The notes under the pieces were generated by a model. It did no database searches and had not been told where the DNA came from. It saw only the letters and a program-made list of their open reading frames with translations. From positions 1 to 5,505 of the forward strand of contig CBFFRQ010000202.1 of the NCBI GenBank assembly GCA_965644315.1: DNA of 5,505 nucleotides, written 5' to 3'. Below are positions 1-5,505 of the stretch, piece by piece. This DNA is from Caecitellus pseudoparvulus. Its lineage: Eukaryota; Protista; Bigyra: Bicosoecida. The first letter of the stretch is position 1, and each line of letters begins with the position of its first letter. The position numbers were made by a program, and so were the translations under genes.

Positions 1-1454
1 AACCCTAACCCTAACCCTAACCCTAACCCTAACCCTAACCCTAACCCTAACCCTAACCCTAACCCTAACCCTAACCCTAACCCTAACCCTAACCCTAACC
101 CTAACCCTAACCCTAACCCTAACCCTAACCCTAACCCTAACCCTAACCCTAACCCTAACCCTAACCCTAACCCTAACCCTAACCCTAACCCTAACCCTAA
201 CCCTAACCCTAACCCTAACCCTAACCCTAACCCTAACCCTAACCCTAACCCTAACCCTAACCCTAACCCTAACCCTAACCCTAACCCTAACCCTAACCCT
301 AACCCTAACCCTAACCCTAACCCTAACCCTAACCCTAACCCTAACCCTAACCCTAACCCTAACCCTAACCCTAACCCTAACCCTAACCCTAACCCTAACC
401 CTAACCCTAACCCTAACCCTAACCCTAACCCTAACCCTAACCCTAACCCTAACCCTAACCCTAACCCTAACCCTAACCCTAACCCTAACCCTAACCCTAA
501 CCCTAACCCTAACCCTAACCCTAACCCTAACCCTAACCCTAACCCTAACCCTAACCCTAACCCTAACCCTAACCCTAACCCTAACCCTAACCCTAACCCT
601 AACCCTAACCCTAACCCTAACCCTAACCCTAACCCTAACCCTAACCCTAACCCTAACCCTAACCCTAACCCTAACCCTAACCCTAACCCTAACCCTAACC
701 CTAACCCTAACCCTAACCCTAACCCTAACCCTAACCCTAACCCTAACCCTAACCCTAACCCTAACCCTAACCCTAACCCTAACCCTAACCCTAACCCTAA
801 CCCTAACCCTAACCCTAACCCTAACCCTAACCCTAACCCTAACCCTAACCCTAACCCTAACCCTAACCCTAACCCTAACCCTAACCCTAACCCTAACCCT
901 AACCCTAACCCTAACCCTAACCCTAACCCTAACCCTAACCCTAACCCTAACCCTAACCCTAACCCTAACCCTAACCCTAACCCTAACCCTAACCCTAACC
1001 CTAACCCTAACCCTAACCCTAACCCTAACCCTAACCCTAACCCTAACCCTAACCCTAACCCTAACCCTAACCCTAACCCTAACCCTAACCCTAACCCTAA
1101 CCCTAACCCTAACCCTAACCCTAACCCTAACCCTAACCCTAACCCTAACCCTAACCCTAACCCTAACCCTAACCCTAACCCTAACCCTAACCCTAACCCT
1201 AACCCTAACCCTAACCCTAACCCTAACCCTAACCCTAACCCTAACCCTAACCCTAACCCTAACCCTAACCCTAACCCTAACCCTAACCCTAACCCTAACC
1301 CTAACCCTAACCCTAACCCTAACCCTAACCCTAACCCTAACCCTAACCCTAACCCTAACCCTAACCCTAACCCTAACCCTAACCCTAACCCTAACCCTAA
1401 CCCTAACCCTAACCCTAACCCTAACCCTAACCCTAACCCTAACCCTAACCCTAA
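1..1454 (+). repeat. Terminal telomeric repeat array (CCCTAA)n, i.e. TTAGGG-type telomere, C-rich strand on +
   Basis: Uninterrupted AACCCT hexamer from base 1 to ...CCCTAA at 1454 (about 242 units), with no variant units seen. A C-rich strand at the 5' start is the orientation expected for a left chromosome end. Confidence 0.98.
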
Positions 1455-1455
1455 G

Positions 1456-2151
1456 CAGTGCCTGCCCATCCCCCCCAAGATCTGCCACGCCCTCCTTCGT
1501 GCCCCCGACCCAGAGCCGCGAAGCCTGCGGGACCTCGAGGTCCTCCACAGGCTCCTGCTCTGCGGGCAGTGGCCTCACCGGTGGGGGCTGGCCGACGAAG
1601 AGCAGCTTGTCTCTATGAAAGAGGCGGCTGTCCTCTCCCACCCCCACCTCGTCCACCGTGCTGGTCCTTGCCGTGTCCGTGCCCCAGCTGTATGGCAAGA
1701 CATCCTGCGCAGCGCGGTTGAGTTCACAGCAAAGGCGTGGCGGGTCACAGTCACTTACATGTTGCGTATGACCGATGCCCACCACCTTGCTGTCCAGAGG
1801 CATGCTGAGTACCTGTGGTGGGCAGTACATGGGCGCGGGGCGCCGCTGCCTGGCCGCACGCAGCCAGTGCGGTCAGCGGCCACGCGGCACACGCGCAGGC
1901 CCCGCACTCGCCGCAGGGCACGCACCTTTTCCCTGCCAAGGCTGGCCAAGTGCCGTCCACGGAGGGCAAGGTCCAGAGGACGCTGCAGCACTTCATGGGG
2001 CCTCAGCCAGCCCATGCAGACACTGATGGTGAGGGGGAAGGGCCCGATGGTTCCTGTGAAGAGAGCGAGGAGTAAGGCGGAACGCAGGCGTGCGGGCGGG
2101 GAGTGGAACAGCCACGCTTGTGGCCGCGTCTACCCTCCACGAGTGTCCTGA
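1456..2151 (+). pseudogene. 5'-truncated ORF of unknown function (231 codons), open from the telomere junction; possibly the C-terminal part of a mobile-element protein
   Basis: Manual translation extends the track ORF 1615..2151 upstream without a stop to the telomere: QCLPIPPKICHALLRAPDPEPRSLRDLEVLHRLLLCGQWPHRWGLADEEQLVSMKEAAVLSHPHLVH...VWQDILRSAVEFTAKAWRVTVTYMLRM...HAEYLWWAVHG. The first ~130 aa look like a globular protein. The later Arg-rich part looks off-frame. No family recognised. Confidence 0.4.
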
Positions 2152-2896
2152 CGTGATGAACCTGTGTGAAGCGTGGTGATAACCACGGTAGCCCGAAGCA
2201 GATGCCCAAGACCTTACCTTTTACTTACTACATAGCCTGCGAGTAGCAGTGGAGTGAGCGGGAGCGTGCCTCGGGCCGCGGCGCGTGTGCAGCCGCAGTG
2301 CTGCACGGCCGCGGCCCGGATGGCGGCTGACGATGAAGCAAGCTCACTCACCACGAAACCAGGGCGTGACGGGTTGAAGAAGAAGGTCCTTTTCCTTTCT
2401 GTATCCCCCTTGATGCGCGCGATGCGCTCTGTGGCGCGGGCGCGTGTGTGCGCACGGGTGCTGGTGTGCGCGATCGAATTCCGCACCACGCACCCGGCCG
2501 AGTTCCCGCGCAGAGGCGGAGCACACACCTCATGAAGGGCGCAGAGAGGCCTATGAGGGCCACAGAGGAGGTGGGTGAGGAATTTGGATTATGATCTGTT
2601 GTCAAGACTGCGCGGATGCCTGGGTGTGCTCTGGTGTGCCCCAGGTGTCTGGCGCTGGCGGAGCAAGGGATGAAGTGTAGCGGAGGAGGGCCAAGATGAT
2701 GAATTGGAGCGGGCAGGGACCTGCCCTAGCAAGTGGCGGCAGATATAACGGGTGCAAGCCTGTGTTTGTTGCGAATCCGCGCCAAGCGGTAGCCGCTGTG
2801 GCGTCCTACATGTGCAGAGGTGCATTGTGGGGCGCCCGTGTGACGCTCAAGCTGTACGGTGCCAAGCTGTGCCGAGGTGAAATGCATTGTGAGTTG

Positions 2897-2918
2897 CTAA
2901 CCCTAACCCTAACCCTAA
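2897..2918 (+). repeat. Interstitial telomeric tract CTAA(CCCTAA)3
   Basis: Sequence ...gagttg CTAA CCCTAA CCCTAA CCCTAA cagtgcc..., a 22-bp perfect match in the same orientation as the terminal array. Confidence 0.95.
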
Positions 2919-4178
2919 CAGTGCCACAAGTTGCTCATTGTTGCCCACCACTCATGCAACACCAGCACTAACTTGCCACCAACAGACTTCAACGGGCTAT
3001 TTCCTGAGCTATTTGTCGCCATTAACGGCCCAGTATCGATCACACACAACCTGTCCACTGCGACAGGAATCACGAATGGCTCCACCGGCATGCTTCTTGC
3101 TGTTCTCCGACGGTACACAGCATCCCGAGCACACTCCCCTCATATACCACCTGCGACCACGCCTCCTCCACAATCGAAAGCGGAAGCAACCCAAATTCCT
3201 AAATCTGGCACGCTTGGTAGCTTTGCTGTGCACAAAACCCGGCGTAGTGCACACAGGACTCCTCCACAGCACGAGTTGCAACCTTCAGATCCTGATGTAA
3301 ACATTGGCATGTCTGCAGCAGACATTCTTTGTGCGCTTGTTCAGATGAACCCGCCGTATTGTGGCCCATCTTTGGTAGAAGACATGCCCCGTGTCGTTGC
3401 CATCCCTGTGGTCACAGCCAGTGGCAATATCAAAGGCACAGGGACCCGCATGCAACTGCCGCTCCGACCCGACTGGGCACGGACAGTGTACAAAGCACAA
3501 GGAATCACAGCATCCAAGCTGACACTCGATCTTTGTGGTCCTGCACAGCATGGACTTCGTTTCGTTGCGCTAAGTCGCACACCCTCTCTTGCTACCATCC
3601 GCATCGCAGCAATGCCACCAGATCTCCACGTGCAAAGCACGATCATGACGGAAGACTTCCAAGCATTCATGCAAGACATGCCCAACCGACATGACACCTT
3701 CATGAGCGTGTATGGCGTTCCCAATCTTAAACAGGCTCACCGCAAAGCTCTTGGGCTTCTACCAGATGCTTCGGCTTCGATCCCACACACGCGACGATCC
3801 CCCCGCCTGATCCCATCAGCACTGGCCAAGAGTTGTGCAAGGCCCTCAGCTTTGAACTCATCTTGTGTGCAGGCCAAAGTCTCAAGGTCGGCATTATCAC
3901 AAGCAGCAGACCACGTCTCAGACAAATGGCACTCATCTCGCCGTGTACGAAAGCGGTGGCGCAGCACAACTGAATGCTTGAAGTCAGGGCTACAGGAGCA
4001 CAATACCAGCACTAGCCTCTCAGACGCACCGCAAGTTTCATCAGATACACTTCCACATGCATGTCCTCAGAGCATCAACTGCACCCCGTCAAGCAGAACT
4101 GCGCGCAGAGGCAAACGCCCAAGGCCTGCGCGTGGTAGCAAAGCTCGAAACGCATCACAACGTCCAAGGATTACCTAG
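2919..4178 (+). pseudogene. 5'-truncated Pif1-family (SF1B) DNA helicase, C-terminal half, Helitron RepHel-like, with a low-complexity basic tail
   Basis: 2B-domain signature GLFPELFVAINGPVSITHNLSTATGITNGSTG (N..GxxNGxxG, ~3039-3089), motif V region RMQLPLRPDWARTVYKAQGIT (3447-3509; family pattern RxQxPLxxAWAxTxHKxQGxT) and motif VI FVALSR (3561-3578). The frame is open from 2919, directly after a TAA supplied by the telomere tract. Walker A/B motifs are absent and the track start is a TTG. Confidence 0.88.
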
Positions 4179-4297
4179 ACATGCTCACAAGCATGTTTTA
4201 CACCTGGCATCCCATTTCCTTCTCTAGACGAAACAAACTTGCATAGCGTCACTGCAACCTACTTCTGCCAGGACCACGGACCTGACACAGAGGGACG

Positions 4298-4347
4298 GGG
4301 AGTAGACCTCCCATGCCGAAGGCATAGGCCGAAGGCCGTTGGATTTT
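4298..4347 (+). other. Cluster of three hairpins plus ATTTT; putative 3' terminal signal of the Helitron-like element
   Basis: GGGAG-tagac-CTCCC (4298-4312), ATGCC-gaa-GGCAT (4313-4325), GGCC-gaa-GGCC (4327-4337), then gttgg and ATTTT (4343-4347). GCCGAAGGC occurs twice (4315-4323, 4328-4336). Confidence 0.65.
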
Positions 4348-5203
4348 GCGAGAGCTGTTGGGTCTGACTGGGGCGCGGGAAGTGGATGTGCACGCGGCAG
4401 ATGAGGATGGACCTGAGGCCGCCTTCCGAGGCGCATGCCTCCATGGCCGCACAGATGTCGTGCGTGAGCTGTTGGGTCTGACTGGGGCGCGGGCAGTGGA
4501 TGTGCACGCGGCGGATGAGGATGGACCTGAGGCGGCCTTCCGATACGCATGCACCATGGGCAAGCTCGACACCGTGCGTGAGCTGTTGAGCCTCACTGGG
4601 GCGCGGGCAGTGGATGTACATGCGGCGGATGAGTATGGGCCTGAGGCCGCCTTCCGGTGGGCATGCGCCAATGGCCACACAGACATCGTGCGTCGGCTGT
4701 TGGGTCTGACTGGGGCGCGGGCAGTGGATGTGCACGCGGCGGATTGGGGTGGGCCTGAGGCCGCCTTCCGGTGGGCATGCCGTCATGGCCACACAGACAT
4801 CGTGCGTGAGCTGTTGAGCCTCACTGGGGCGCGGGAGGTGGATGTACACGCGGCGGATGAGTATGGGCCTGAAGCTTCCATCCAAAGTGCATGTGCCAAT
4901 GACCACACAGACATCGTGCGTGAGCTGTTGGGTCTGACTGGGGCGCGGGCAGTGGATGTGCATGCGGTGAGTCGGAGTGGACCAGAGGCAGCGTTCCGTG
5001 AGGCATGCACCAATGGCCACACAGGCATCATGCAAGAGCTGTTGGGTCTCACTGGTCACCGTGCGATCCCAGCCCAAGTCTGGCAAGAAAAGGGGGAGCC
5101 CATTGCCCAAGCCGCACGTGATGCAGTGTGGGCTGGTACAAGCACTCGGCATGGGCGACGTGGGATGCTCTTGCTGAGATCTCGTGGTGCGGGGCGTGCG
5201 TGA
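4346..5203 (+). CDS. Ankyrin-repeat protein (38-aa repeats); 3' part only, probably 5'-disrupted or a last exon
   Basis: Repeated VDVHAADExGPEAAFRxACxNGHTDIVRELLGLTGARA matches the ankyrin pattern (A+xNGHx-+V+xLL). The frame starts mid-repeat at a TTG, with an in-frame TAG at 4325-4327 and no initiator ATG, and it stops at TGA 5201-5203. Confidence 0.88.
   Translation: MRELLGLTGAREVDVHAADEDGPEAAFRGACLHGRTDVVRELLGLTGARAVDVHAADEDGPEAAFRYACTMGKLDTVRELLSLTGARAVDVHAADEYGPEAAFRWACANGHTDIVRRLLGLTGARAVDVHAADWGGPEAAFRWACRHGHTDIVRELLSLTGAREVDVHAADEYGPEASIQSACANDHTDIVRELLGLTGARAVDVHAVSRSGPEAAFREACTNGHTGIMQELLGLTGHRAIPAQVWQEKGEPIAQAARDAVWAGTSTRHGRRGMLLLRSRGAGRA
4349..5065 (+). repeat. Coding tandem repeat, 114-bp unit, 6 full copies plus a partial seventh
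   Basis: Units start at 4349, 4463, 4577, 4691, 4805, 4919 and 5033, with a near-identical core gagctgttgggtctgactggggcgcgggcagtggatgtgcacgcggcggat. Confidence 0.95.
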
Positions 5204-5505
5204 TGGAAATTACCAACACGGTAACGGATTACCCCAGCGCTTCTTCCTCTTGCACAACTTCCAACTCCCCAGGCACCCAGGCAGAATCCTGCACTACAGA
5301 GCAGCACCCCCTTTCAGCACTTGAACTGCATTCCAGGCTTAATGTTGTACAGTCTTTGGAGCTTTGCACCGTGACGGCTTTCAAGGCATGACTCGCAAGT
5401 GAAGTCCGTTTAATGGGTCGCTGCCAAACACCCCCAAAAAGCTTGGAACGTCACAGAGACGTGGATCGTGCAAGCCAACATCGTCGCATTTGTCCATCGT
5501 TGTGC

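Larger units (their letters stand above)
1455..2918 (+). mobile_element. Candidate 5'-truncated telomere-associated retroelement (3' part of ORF, ~750 bp 3' region, CCCTAA tail)
   Basis: The segment is bounded by telomere repeats on both sides in the same orientation, has a sense ORF truncated at the distal side, and ends in CTAA(CCCTAA)3. This call rests on architecture only: no reverse transcriptase or endonuclease motif is visible. Confidence 0.35.
2919..4347 (+). mobile_element. 3' remnant of a Helitron-like rolling-circle transposon (non-canonical, Helitron2/HLE2-like)
   Basis: Intronless Pif1-like helicase C-terminus, a short 3' region, then terminal hairpins and ATTTT joined abruptly to the middle of an ankyrin repeat. 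By eye the segment is less GC-rich than both flanks. No Rep/HUH domain remains and no C-terminal endonuclease was recognised. Confidence 0.6.

Noticed and set aside
2146-2200. Hammerhead-ribozyme-like string (gTGATGA..GAAg, stem CGTGGT/ACCACG, GTA), as expected for Penelope-like elements
   Set aside because: The core deviates (GUGAUGA, GAAG), the cleavage triplet is out of register, and no stem I pairing was found. The CTGACGA...GAAA near 2327-2359 also lacks a stem II.
2214-2605. Overlapping short ORFs on both strands (2214..2528 -, 2254..2535 +, 2348..2605 -)
   Set aside because: No recognisable domain, and such ORFs are expected by chance in GC-rich DNA. A small exon cannot be excluded.
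2821-2891. Short direct repeats TGCATTGTG x2 and CAAGCTGT x2 just before the interstitial tract
   Set aside because: They are too short and too few to distinguish from chance without other copies.
2696-2971. ORF reading through the interstitial telomere tract (LTLTLTLT)
   Set aside because: It crosses a rearrangement junction, is out of frame with the helicase, and the LT run is simply translated CCCTAA.
2931-4178. Intact cellular PIF1 gene or RecQ-type telomere-linked helicase
   Set aside because: There are no Walker A/B motifs and no ATG start ahead of the conserved region. The motifs are SF1B rather than RecQ/SF2, so no gene symbol was assigned.
4175-4227. CTAG at 4175-4178 and 4224-4227 as a canonical Helitron 3' end
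   Set aside because: Neither has a GC-rich hairpin roughly 10-12 nt upstream, and neither is followed by T. The hairpin/ATTTT junction at 4298-4347 coincides with the real sequence discontinuity.
4349-5065. CRISPR-like repeat/spacer appearance of the 114-bp array
   Set aside because: The variable parts are homologous, in-frame codon variants of an ankyrin repeat rather than unique spacers. The context is eukaryotic and telomeric, with no cas genes.
4224-5152. Long minus-strand ORFs (4259..5152, 4249..4686 and others)
   Set aside because: They are antisense shadows of the GC-rich ankyrin tandem repeat and show no independent protein signature.

Overview
Left end of a linear eukaryotic chromosome, read from the tip inward. 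It opens with a perfect (CCCTAA)n/TTAGGG-type telomere (1-1454, about 242 units). Next is a ~1.44 kb distal segment (1455-2896) whose open reading frame runs directly out of the telomere, and this segment ends in a short interstitial telomere tract, CTAA(CCCTAA)3 (2897-2918). Immediately after the tract lies the C-terminal half of a Pif1-family (SF1B) helicase, cut off at its 5' end by the repeats. Three tandem hairpins ending in ATTTT (4298-4347) follow, resembling the 3' terminus of a non-canonical Helitron (Helitron2/HLE2 type). This terminus abuts, mid-repeat, a gene with a 114-bp/38-aa ankyrin tandem array whose variation is concentrated at a few codons. The best reading is a layered chromosome end: a Helitron-like element inserted into an ankyrin gene, the chromosome broke inside the helicase and was healed with telomere repeats, and a second 5'-truncated segment (candidate telomere-targeted retroelement) was then added and capped. 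Both telomere/unique junctions are followed by the same heptamer, CAGTGCC. The organism cannot be identified from this window, and no database searches were run.
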